Of a DNA stretch of 64,000 nt, positions 30,277-38,638 are shown one piece after another. The stretch comes from Candidatus Brocadiia bacterium. GTDB lineage: Bacteria; Planctomycetota; PUPC01; DSUN01. The stretch covers positions 1,411-65,410 of the forward strand of contig JBKHIY010000002.1 in the NCBI GenBank assembly GCA_046538415.1. Reading direction: 5' to 3'. The notes beneath the pieces were generated by a model. That model had not been told where the DNA came from and made no database searches. It worked only from the letters and a program-made list of their open reading frames with translations. Every line of letters begins with the position of its first letter. The first letter of the stretch is position 1. Both the position numbers and the translations under genes were made by a program.

Positions 30277-31670
30277 ACCGACGCGACTTCCTCGCCTCCC
30301 TCACAAGGAGCACGGTTGCCATGACCGCCGCCACCTCCCTCTCCGGCGCGGCCCGCGGCGCCGACGCTCCCCCCAAGCCCAACTTCCTGTTCATCCTCGT
30401 CGACGACCTGGGCTGGGCCGACCTCTCCTGCTACGGCAGCACCTACCACGAGAGCCTCAACACCGACCGCCTGGCCGCCCAGGGCATGCGCTTCACCGAC
30501 GCCTACGCCGCGGCCCCCGTGTGCTCGCCCACGCGGGCGAGCATCCTCACGGGCAAGTACCCAGCCACCGTGCACCTCACGGACTTCATCGCCGGCCACT
30601 GGCGCCCCTACGCCAAGCTGGTGGTTCCGAAGTTCAACCTCCGCCTGCCCGCCGAGCAGGTGGCCCTGCCCGAGGCCCTGAAGGGCGCCGGCTACGTGAG
30701 CGCCTGCTTCGGCAAGTGGCACCTGGGCGGCAGGGGCAGCGGGCCCGCCGACCACGGGTTCGACGTGGCCGGCGGAGGCCCCAGCCGCAACGACAAGAAG
30801 GTCGCCAGCCTGACCGACAAGACTCTCGACTTCATGGCCAGGCACAAGGACCGGCCTTTCTTCGTCCACCTCTGCCACCATACGGTTCACATCCCCCTCG
30901 AGGCGGACGAAAAGCTGGTGGCCAAGTACAAAGCGAAGCTGCAACCCGGCCAGAAGTACCCTCAGCAGGCCAACCCCACCTATGCCGCGATGATCGAGCA
31001 ACTGGATCAAAGCGTGGGGCGGCTGATGAGCGGCCTGGACGAGCTGGGCCTGGCGAAGAAGACCGTCGTGGTCTTCACCTCGGACAACGGCGGCCTCAAG
31101 CGCATCTTCACCGGCAAAGGCCCCATCGTGACCTCCAACGCCCCGCTGCGCGACGAGAAGGGCACCCTCTACGAGGGCGGGATCCGCGTGCCCCTCATCA
31201 TCCGCTGGCCAGGCGTCGTGGAGGCCGGGACCACCTGCCGGGTGCCCGTCTCCAGCATCGACTTCTATCCTACGTTCCTGCGGGCCGCGGGCGTCCCGCC
31301 CAGCCCCAAGCACGAGCCCGACGGCCTCAGCCTCCTGCCGCTGCTCGAGGGCCGCGGCGGTCTCGGCCGCGACGCCCTCTACTGGCACTACCCCCATTAC
31401 CACCACACCCCGCCCTGCGGCGCCGTGCGCGAGGGCGACCTCAAGCTCATCGAGTTCTACGAGGACGGGCGCCTCGAGCTCTACGACCTGGCCAAGGACC
31501 TGGGCGAGAAGAACGACCTCGCCGACCAGATGCCCGAGAAGGCCGCGGCACTGCGCGACAGGCTCCACCGCTGGCTCCAGGACGTCGACGCCCAGATGCC
31601 TACCCCCAACCCCGACTACGACCCCCAGCGGGCCGGCGAGTGGGGCCGGCGGAGGCGTAAGAAGAAGTAG
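30273..31670 (+). CDS. Sulfatase (arylsulfatase family), Tat-signal
   Basis: ATGA overlap with the upstream stop. 'NRRDFLASL', 'FLFILVDDLGWADL', FGly motif 'VCSPTRASILTG'. Confidence 0.88.
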   Translation: MNRRDFLASLTRSTVAMTAATSLSGAARGADAPPKPNFLFILVDDLGWADLSCYGSTYHESLNTDRLAAQGMRFTDAYAAAPVCSPTRASILTGKYPATVHLTDFIAGHWRPYAKLVVPKFNLRLPAEQVALPEALKGAGYVSACFGKWHLGGRGSGPADHGFDVAGGGPSRNDKKVASLTDKTLDFMARHKDRPFFVHLCHHTVHIPLEADEKLVAKYKAKLQPGQKYPQQANPTYAAMIEQLDQSVGRLMSGLDELGLAKKTVVVFTSDNGGLKRIFTGKGPIVTSNAPLRDEKGTLYEGGIRVPLIIRWPGVVEAGTTCRVPVSSIDFYPTFLRAAGVPPSPKHEPDGLSLLPLLEGRGGLGRDALYWHYPHYHHTPPCGAVREGDLKLIEFYEDGRLELYDLAKDLGEKNDLADQMPEKAAALRDRLHRWLQDVDAQMPTPNPDYDPQRAGEWGRRRRKKK

Positions 31671-31698
31671 CGCGGGCCGGCAGGCGCGTCGCCGCGCC

Positions 31699-31727
31699 CT
31701 GGAAAAAGCGGCCCGCAGGTATACAAT
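31699..31727 (+). promoter_or_regulatory. Weak sigma70-type promoter candidate, CTGGAA-17-TACAAT
   Basis: Good -10 but poor -35, 43 nt upstream of ATG 31770. Confidence 0.25.
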
Positions 31728-31769
31728 CGCGGGCGCTGCCGGTGAGCCCCCACGAGGAGGAGCACGCTG

Positions 31770-33872
31770 ATGTCGAGCCAGCCCCAGGCCATGACCTGTC
31801 CCCGCTGCGAGGGCGTCGAGCTGCGCTCCGCCATGACCAAGCAGGGCGTGGAGGTGGATTACTGCCGCTCCTGCGGGGGCATCTGGCTGGACAAGGGGGA
31901 GATCTTCCACTTCGCCAAGCACCCCAAGGCCCTCGCCGAGGCCCTCCGCCAGGCCTCCCAGGGTGCCCCCAGGGGAGAGCTCACGTGCCCCAGGACGGGC
32001 GAGCCCATGGTCGAGCTGAAGCTCTTCGACGGCCAGCTCTCGCTCGACGCCTGCCCCCGGACCGGCGGCCTGTGGCTCGACCGCGGCGAGCTGGAGGAGC
32101 TGGTCGCCAAGAGCGAGGCCGGGCTGCGCCTGGAGATCGACGAGCGGGTCGAGGAGCCCTCGCCCGAGGAGCCGCCGCCCGAGGAGGACCAGGCCCCGCA
32201 GGAGCCGCAACGGCGCCTGGCGACCATCGCCGCCGCCGCTCAGCCCCTGCCCAACCTCTTCGTGCGGTCCGCCGGCGTGCTTTTCCTGCTCTACGCCCTC
32301 CTGGTGCTGGTGCTCATCGCCCTGGTGGAGGTGGGCGTGCTGGGGGCCGGGCCGGCGGTGCTCATCGGGGTGGCCATCGTGGCCCTCCAGTTCCTGCTCG
32401 GCCCGTTCATCATGGACATCTCGCTCCGCTGGTTCTACCGCTGCGAGTGGGCCGACCCGGACCGCGACCTGCCCGAGCACCTGACCGCCTTCGTGACGCG
32501 GGTGGCCGAGAAGCAGGGCATCCGCTTCCCCCGCATCGGGATCATCGACGACGGGGCGCCCAATGCCTTCACCTACGGCCACTACCCCAGCAACGCCCGC
32601 ATCGTCATCACCCGGGGGCTTTTCGAGCTGCTCGACGACGACGAGGTGGACGCCGTGGTGGCCCACGAGATCGGCCACGCCGTGCACTGGGACATGCTGG
32701 TGATGACCATGGCCTACCTGGTGCCGCTGGTCGCCTACTACGCCTTCCGCACGCTGATCTCGATTCGCACGGAGGGCCGCGACAAGTCGCGCCAGGCCCG
32801 CTACGCCGCGGCCATCGGGGCCTTCGTGGTCTACATCATCTCCCAGTACATCGTCCTCTGGCTATCGCGGACCCGCGAGTACTACGCCGACCGCTTCGCG
32901 GGCGAGGCCACGGGTAAGCCCAACACCCTGGCCAGCGCCCTGGTGAAGATCGGCTACGGCCTGGCCGGCCAGGAGCGGGAGAAGCGGGGAGGCCGCCGGG
33001 AAGGCCGGCGCGAGAGGAGCCACAGCCTCGAGGCCGTGGGGGCGCTGGGCATCTTCGACGCCAAGGCCGCCCGAGGCCTCGCCATCTCCGCCTCCCAAGG
33101 GGCCGCCGGCAGCCTGAACCGCGAGAACCTCAAGGGCGCCATGCGATGGGACATGTGGAACCCCTGGGCCAAGTTCTACGAGCTCAACTCCACCCACCCC
33201 CTCATCGCCCATCGCCTCGACCACCTGGGACGCCAGGCCGCCTCCCGCGGCGAGGAGCCCCTGGTGGTCTTCGACCTGCGCAAGCCGGAGTGCTACTGGG
33301 ACGAGTTCTTCACCGACCTGGCGATGATGTTCCTCCCCGCCCTCCTGGCCCTCCTGGTGGTGGGCGTGGGGGCCGCGGCGGGCAGCCCCCAGGTGATGGT
33401 CCTCGCCGTCTCCGCCTTGGGCGCGGGGATGCTGGTCAAGACCCTCTACTCTTACCGCGGCGGGCCGTTCCCGGAGATGAGCGTGGCCAGCCTGCTCAAG
33501 CAGGTCAAGGTCTCGGGCATCCGCGGGGTGCCCTGCACGGTCAAGGGCACGGTGATCGGCCGGGGCGTGCCGGGGCTGATCTGGAGCGAAGACTTCGTGG
33601 TCCGCGACGAGACGGGCATCCTGTTCCTCGACTACCGCCAGCCGTGGCGCATCTTCGAGTTCTTCTTCGGCCTCCTCCGCAGGGGGGAGTACGACAACGT
33701 GGAGGTGGAGGCCGCGGGCTGGTACCGCCGCGCCCCGGTGCCTTACCTGGAGCTCAAGACCATCGCCACCCGCAGCAGGACGCGGCGCTGCTACGTCTAC
33801 TACCTGAAGCTGTTTGCGGGCCTGGCGCTCACCCTGGTGGGCGTGTTCCTGGCCCTCCGCGTGGTGGGCTAG
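31770..33872 (+). CDS. Membrane M48 (HtpX-like) zinc metalloprotease with N-terminal tandem zinc-ribbon modules and extended C-terminal region
   Basis: 'CPRCEGVELRS...YCRSCGGIWLDKGE' plus a degenerate second copy 'CPRTGEP...DACPRTGGLWLDRGE'. HExxH 'VVAHEIGHAVHWD'. Several TM helices. Confidence 0.75.
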   Translation: MSSQPQAMTCPRCEGVELRSAMTKQGVEVDYCRSCGGIWLDKGEIFHFAKHPKALAEALRQASQGAPRGELTCPRTGEPMVELKLFDGQLSLDACPRTGGLWLDRGELEELVAKSEAGLRLEIDERVEEPSPEEPPPEEDQAPQEPQRRLATIAAAAQPLPNLFVRSAGVLFLLYALLVLVLIALVEVGVLGAGPAVLIGVAIVALQFLLGPFIMDISLRWFYRCEWADPDRDLPEHLTAFVTRVAEKQGIRFPRIGIIDDGAPNAFTYGHYPSNARIVITRGLFELLDDDEVDAVVAHEIGHAVHWDMLVMTMAYLVPLVAYYAFRTLISIRTEGRDKSRQARYAAAIGAFVVYIISQYIVLWLSRTREYYADRFAGEATGKPNTLASALVKIGYGLAGQEREKRGGRREGRRERSHSLEAVGALGIFDAKAARGLAISASQGAAGSLNRENLKGAMRWDMWNPWAKFYELNSTHPLIAHRLDHLGRQAASRGEEPLVVFDLRKPECYWDEFFTDLAMMFLPALLALLVVGVGAAAGSPQVMVLAVSALGAGMLVKTLYSYRGGPFPEMSVASLLKQVKVSGIRGVPCTVKGTVIGRGVPGLIWSEDFVVRDETGILFLDYRQPWRIFEFFFGLLRRGEYDNVEVEAAGWYRRAPVPYLELKTIATRSRTRRCYVYYLKLFAGLALTLVGVFLALRVVG

Positions 33873-33894
33873 CGGCGCGGAAGGAAGCGGGAGC

Positions 33895-35202
33895 GTGCGA
33901 GTCCCCCTCGACTACGGCTGCCAGAGGCTCGAGTTGAGCGTTCCCCGCGAGCGCGTCCGCGCCGTGGTGGAGCCTCGGCGGGCCGAGGCCGTGGACGACG
34001 TGGGCGCCGCCGTGCGCCAGGCCGTCGCCGAGCCCGTCGCCGGCCCCCCGCTGGCCGACGTGTTGGCGGGCGCCCGGCGGGTGCTCCTGCTCACCGTCGA
34101 CCACACGCGGCCTTCGCCGAGGCCGCTGCTCGAGCCCCTCCTCGAGGAATGCGACCGCGCGGGAGCCGAAGCCACCGTGTGTGTGGCTATCGGCCGCCAT
34201 CGGGCGATGACCGAGGCCGAGCTGCTACGCCACCTGGGCCGCGACATCCTCCGCCGGCGCCGCGTGGTCCAGCACGACCCCTTCGACCGCCAGGCCTGCC
34301 GCCACCTGGGCACCACCCGGCGGGGGACCGAGATCCGGGTCAACCGCATCGTCTTCGAGCACGACCGCGTGCTGGGCGTGGGCACCATCGAGCCCAGCTA
34401 CCTGGCCGGCTGGTCGGGCGGGCGCAAGCTGCTGATGCCCGGCGTGGCCTGGTGCGAGTCCATCGACCAGAACCACGCCCTGCTCGCCGACCCTGCGACG
34501 CGGATCGGGAGGCTGCGGGGCAACCCCCTGAGCGAGGATGCCGAGGAGTTCGCCGCCGCATGTCCCTTCCACTTCATCTGCTACGCCCTCGCCGGTCCCG
34601 GCGACGAGGTGGTCGGCGTGGTGGCGGGCGAGCCCCGCCAGGCCCACGAGCACGGCTGCCGGCGCGGCCAACGCATCTACCGCGTGGAGGCCCCGACGGC
34701 GCCCATCGTCGTCGCCTCGCCAGGGGGCTATCCCTACGACTGCGACCTCGTCCAGGCCAAGAAGGCGGTCATTCCCGCCATCGAGCTCGTGGAGCCCGGC
34801 GGCGCGGTGGTCCTCCTGGGCGAGTGCGCCGAGGGCCTGGGGGCCGAGGAGACCTTCGTCCACTGGCTGCGGACCAAGAGCCCCGAGCAGGCCGTCGCCG
34901 ACGCCCGGCGCCGCGAGCTCTTCAGCCTCGGAGCCCACGGCGCCAGCCTCCTGGCCAGGCCCATCGTGGAGAAGGATGCCCGCGTCGTCCTGGTCACCCG
35001 CCCCCAGGTGGCCGGGGAGCTGGAGGGCAGCTACCTCCGGGCGGTCAGCGGCCTCGAGGCGGCGTGGGAGGTGGCCACCCGGCGCTGCGGGGAGGGAGCG
35101 GGGGTGGTGGTGCTGCGCGGCGCCCGGCGGCTGATCGTGCGCGCCGCCCGAGGCCGCGGCGGGGACTCGGACGGCGGCGGGAGCCGCTCAGAGGGCTTCT
35201 AA
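33895..35202 (+). CDS. LarA-like (nickel-pincer-dependent lactate racemase family, DUF2088) protein
   Basis: GTG 33895 follows GGAAGGAAG. Motifs 'VRVPLDYG', 'LLLTVDHTRPSP', 'AIGRHRAMT', 'GTIEPSYLAGWSGGRKLLMPG'. Confidence 0.75.
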   Translation: MRVPLDYGCQRLELSVPRERVRAVVEPRRAEAVDDVGAAVRQAVAEPVAGPPLADVLAGARRVLLLTVDHTRPSPRPLLEPLLEECDRAGAEATVCVAIGRHRAMTEAELLRHLGRDILRRRRVVQHDPFDRQACRHLGTTRRGTEIRVNRIVFEHDRVLGVGTIEPSYLAGWSGGRKLLMPGVAWCESIDQNHALLADPATRIGRLRGNPLSEDAEEFAAACPFHFICYALAGPGDEVVGVVAGEPRQAHEHGCRRGQRIYRVEAPTAPIVVASPGGYPYDCDLVQAKKAVIPAIELVEPGGAVVLLGECAEGLGAEETFVHWLRTKSPEQAVADARRRELFSLGAHGASLLARPIVEKDARVVLVTRPQVAGELEGSYLRAVSGLEAAWEVATRRCGEGAGVVVLRGARRLIVRAARGRGGDSDGGGSRSEGF

Positions 35203-35405
35203 GCGTTTGCTACGATCCTGGGAATCTCGCGCGCCACAGCCGTAAGCTTCTCATATGCATACGCTTGGGGCGGTGAACGGCGGCCCGGCGCACGCCGGAA
35301 GGTATCCTGGGTCGCGCCGGGGGGCGATCGGCTCACAGGGGCCAATCTGGGGCCATTCCGGATCGCCTTCCTAAGCGGTTGAGACCCCGAACGTTACGAG
35401 GTGGG

Positions 35406-35425
35406 AAAAACGGCCGGAGCGGCCC
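35406..35425 (-). terminator. Intrinsic-terminator candidate after the GH172 gene
   Basis: Minus-strand RNA GGCCG-CUC-CGGCC followed by G-UUUUU, 16 nt after the stop. Confidence 0.35.
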
Positions 35426-35440
35426 GGGGGCCACCGGCGC

Positions 35441-36559
35441 TCACCGCGAGAAGCGCTCGTGGACCGCGGGCATGGCCGGGAAGGGGGCGTGCGGCTCCGC
35501 CTGGTACCAGGTGGCCACCGACGCGATGTCGTCGGTCAGCGGCTGGAAGGTGCGGTCGGGCCACCAGCCGAGGGCCTGGATGGTGGCTCGCAGGTCCTGG
35601 GAGAAGCGGATGGGGTCGAGGATATGCCAGCGGTAGAGCCCATGGCGGGGCACGTGGCCCTCGGCTTTCTCGTAGAGGGGGTAGCCGAGGAAGGGGGTGC
35701 AATAGGTCTCGCCGCCGAAGCCCCAGGCCCCGCAGAAGTAGTCCTCGGTGCCCGTGCCGCAGATGGTGGGGTACTCGCGGTCGCCATCGATGTAGAACTT
35801 GATTTCGCCCTCGCCCCACCAGCCGTTGGACAACTGGGTCCAGGCCAGGAAGGTGCCCACGTAGTGGCCCTGGCCCTCGACGCCATCGAGGAGGGTGTGG
35901 TCGGGACACTGGCGGGTGGTCATGGAGCGTCGCCACTGGGCGTGGAACGTGGCGGCGTCGTCGGGCACCTCGCCCAAGGCGTAGGTGATCTGATAGAAGA
36001 AGCCGCCGATGGGCTCGGGGTGCTGGCTCTCGATGGTCACCCGCGCCCGCTGGCGGAAGGGCATGGGCCAGTAGCAGTTGAAGCCGCCGGAGGGGTTGAC
36101 GCACACGGGCAGGGAGACCACGTTGTAGCGGAGGGCATGGCCGTTGGCGAAGAAGTCGCCCAGGGGGACCTCGACGGAGGGGCTGTGCTCGTCGTCCCAG
36201 AAGAAGCGGAGAATGGTGTCGCGGTAGGCCTGGGGCCGCACGGTGATCCAGATGTGCTGGATGGTGCCGGGCCCCTCGATATCGGCGAGGGCAGTGGTGG
36301 AGCCGGGCTCGAGGGTGATGCAGGGCCGCACCTTCCAGCCCTTGCCCAGGCGGGCGGCGGGACCTTTGCCCTCGGGCTCGGCGGTGGCGCCGCCGCCTTT
36401 TTCGCCCGTGGGGTTTTCGGCGGAGATGGAGCGGGTCTTGGCCTCGGAGAGCAGGGGCAGGGCGCCCAGGCCGAGGTTCACGCGGCGAAATGCGTCCACG
36501 GCGGTTCTCCTCGCGGCAGTTGGGAAACGGAGCGACGGGGCGAGCGGTAGCATTACCAC
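35441..36559 (-). CDS. DUF2961 / GH172-family glycoside hydrolase
   Basis: Motifs 'SISAENPTGEKGGG', 'GEGEIKFYIDGD', 'GTGTEDYFCGAWGF'. The start could be GTG 36559 or ATG 36553. Confidence 0.8.
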   Translation of the reverse strand: MVMLPLAPSLRFPTAARRTAVDAFRRVNLGLGALPLLSEAKTRSISAENPTGEKGGGATAEPEGKGPAARLGKGWKVRPCITLEPGSTTALADIEGPGTIQHIWITVRPQAYRDTILRFFWDDEHSPSVEVPLGDFFANGHALRYNVVSLPVCVNPSGGFNCYWPMPFRQRARVTIESQHPEPIGGFFYQITYALGEVPDDAATFHAQWRRSMTTRQCPDHTLLDGVEGQGHYVGTFLAWTQLSNGWWGEGEIKFYIDGDREYPTICGTGTEDYFCGAWGFGGETYCTPFLGYPLYEKAEGHVPRHGLYRWHILDPIRFSQDLRATIQALGWWPDRTFQPLTDDIASVATWYQAEPHAPFPAMPAVHERFSR

Positions 36560-36596
36560 GGGGCGGCGGGCCTGTCAAGCCGCGGGGCGGGTCCAG

Positions 36597-36626
36597 TTGC
36601 GCTTGGCCGTGCCCGGAGCGTATAAT
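36597..36626 (+). promoter_or_regulatory. Sigma70-type promoter candidate, TTGCGC-18-TATAAT
   Basis: Perfect -10 hexamer at 36621-36626, 53 nt upstream of ATG 36679, which follows AAAGGAGGA. Confidence 0.5.
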
Positions 36627-36678
36627 CGCCGGAGAAGCGTGGTGAAGCCCGGCGGCCGAGTCTGAAAGGAGGACGACC

Positions 36679-37158
36679 ATGCCGGTGAAACGTCTCAAGG
36701 AGTTTCTCGACGCCCAGGGGGTCAAGTACGTGGCCATCAGCCATTCGCCGGCCTTCACGGCCCAGGAGATCGCGGCGTCGGCCCACGTGCCGGGCAAGCA
36801 GCTTGCCAAGACGGTGATGGTGAAGCTGGACGATCAGATGACCATGGCGGTCCTGCCCGCCCACGAGTCGGTGGATTTCGAGGCCCTCAAGGAGGCGGCG
36901 GGGGCTTCGGAGGCCAGCCTGGCCAGCGAGGAGGAGTTCCGCGACCTTTTCCCCGAGTGCGAAGTGGGCGCCATGCCCCCCTTCGGCAACCTCTACGGGA
37001 TGGACGTCTTCGCCGACCAGACCCTGACCGAGGACGAGGAGATCGTCTTCAACGCGGGCTCGCACAAGGAGCTGGTGAAGCTCGCCTACAAGGACTTCGA
37101 GCGGCTGGCCAAGCCCACCGTGGCGGCCTTCGGCAAGGGGCCCGAGCGGGAGGGCTAG
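36679..37158 (+). CDS. YbaK/aminoacyl-tRNA deacylase-like domain protein
   Basis: 159 aa: 'AQEIAASAHVPGKQLAKTVMVKLDD...VGAMPPFGNLYGMDVFAD'. Confidence 0.7.
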   Translation: MPVKRLKEFLDAQGVKYVAISHSPAFTAQEIAASAHVPGKQLAKTVMVKLDDQMTMAVLPAHESVDFEALKEAAGASEASLASEEEFRDLFPECEVGAMPPFGNLYGMDVFADQTLTEDEEIVFNAGSHKELVKLAYKDFERLAKPTVAAFGKGPEREG

Positions 37159-37204
37159 CCTCGCCGCGGTGCGCCTATCGGCAGGCTTCGGAGGCAGCGC
37201 GCCT

Positions 37205-38614
37205 ATGGCAGCCAGGCACAACGCGGCGGCGCGAGGCCCCAACATCGTCCTCATCCTGGCCGACGACATGGGGTACGGCGACATCGGGGCCTTCGGCAAC
37301 CCGCGGGTCCAGACCCCCGTGCTGGACGCCCTCGCGACGGAGAGCGTGGCCCTCGCCCAGCACTACTCGGGCTCCCCGGTATGCGCCCCCGCCAGGGCGG
37401 CGCTCCTCACCGGGCGCTACCCCCATCGCACCGGGGCCATCGACACCCTGGAGGGGCGGGGGCTGGACCGCCTGGCCCTCCGCGAGGCGACCCTGGCCGA
37501 CCTGCTCCGGGCGGCGGGCTACGCCACCGGGCTGGTGGGCAAGTGGCACCTCGGCGCGCTCGACCCCCGCTACCATCCGAACGCCAGGGGCTTCGACGAG
37601 TTCTGCGGCTTCCGCGGCGGGTGGCACGACTACTGGGCGTGGTTCCTCGACTACAATGGCACGGTCCGCCACAGCGACGGCCGCTACCTGACCGACGTGT
37701 TCACCGACGAGGCCGTGGGCTTCATCGAGCGCCACCGCGACGAGCGCTTCTTCCTCCACGTGACCTACAACGCGCCTCACTTCCCCCTCCAGGTGCCGGA
37801 CGAGGAGCTGGAGCCCTTCGCGGGGATGGAGGACCTGACCGAGGGGGTGCGGCGCATTTACGCCATGAACCGGCGCATGGACAGGGGCGTGGGCCGCATC
37901 CTGGAGGCCCTGGACGCCCACGGCATCGCCGAGAACACCCTGGTGGCCTTCACCAGCGACAACGGCCCGCAGTTCGGCGGCCGGGGCCAGATGCGCACCG
38001 ACCGCTACAACGCCCTGTTCAACGGCTGCAAGGGCAACGTCTACGAAGGAGGCATCCGCGTGCCCGCCATCGTCCGCTGGCCGGCGGGCCTGGACGGGGG
38101 GAGGGCCTCGGGCGCCTTCGTCCACTTCACCGACTGGCTGCCCACCCTCCTGGGCGTGGCGGGTGCCGCGCTCCCCACCCAGCGCCCCCTGGACGGCCAC
38201 GACGTGCTGCCCGTGCTGCGCGGCGAGCCGCCCGCCGAGCCGCCGCGTCGCTTCTGGCAGTGGAATCGCTATACCCCCGTCCCCCACTGCAACGCCGCGG
38301 CCCGCGACGGCCCCTGGAAGCTCCTCTATGTTCCCATCCCCCAGGCCATGCGCATCCCCCAGGAGGACGGGGACGTGGACCGCCGCCTGAAGTACGAGCC
38401 CGAGACCATCACCGAGGTGTGCCGCGACGCAGAGCCGGAGCGCGACCTCCCTCAGCCCCGGGACCCCATGCTCTTCCACCTCGGCGACGACCCCACCGAG
38501 CAGCACGACCTCGCGGCACGCGAGCCGCAGCGCGTGGCCAGGATGGAGCGCCAGCTCGAAGCCTGGTTCGAGTCCGTCGAGGCCGAACGCCGCAGCATCG
38601 ACGACGCCTGGTGA
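37205..38614 (+). CDS. Sulfatase (arylsulfatase-B-like) without recognisable signal peptide
   Basis: 'NIVLILADDMGYGDIG', FGly motif 'VCAPARAALLTGRYPHRTG', 'GKWHLG'. The N-terminus 'MAARHNAAARGPN' has no hydrophobic core. Confidence 0.85.
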   Translation: MAARHNAAARGPNIVLILADDMGYGDIGAFGNPRVQTPVLDALATESVALAQHYSGSPVCAPARAALLTGRYPHRTGAIDTLEGRGLDRLALREATLADLLRAAGYATGLVGKWHLGALDPRYHPNARGFDEFCGFRGGWHDYWAWFLDYNGTVRHSDGRYLTDVFTDEAVGFIERHRDERFFLHVTYNAPHFPLQVPDEELEPFAGMEDLTEGVRRIYAMNRRMDRGVGRILEALDAHGIAENTLVAFTSDNGPQFGGRGQMRTDRYNALFNGCKGNVYEGGIRVPAIVRWPAGLDGGRASGAFVHFTDWLPTLLGVAGAALPTQRPLDGHDVLPVLRGEPPAEPPRRFWQWNRYTPVPHCNAAARDGPWKLLYVPIPQAMRIPQEDGDVDRRLKYEPETITEVCRDAEPERDLPQPRDPMLFHLGDDPTEQHDLAAREPQRVARMERQLEAWFESVEAERRSIDDAW

Positions 38615-38638
38615 GCCCACAGACGGAGCAACCCGCCC

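Noticed and set aside
36550-36578. Minus-strand TTGACA (36573-36578) as the GH172 promoter
   Set aside because: The hexamer 17 nt downstream is TAATGC, a poor -10, and it overlaps the GTG/ATG start codons. It would only work for a leaderless or shorter product, for which I see no support.
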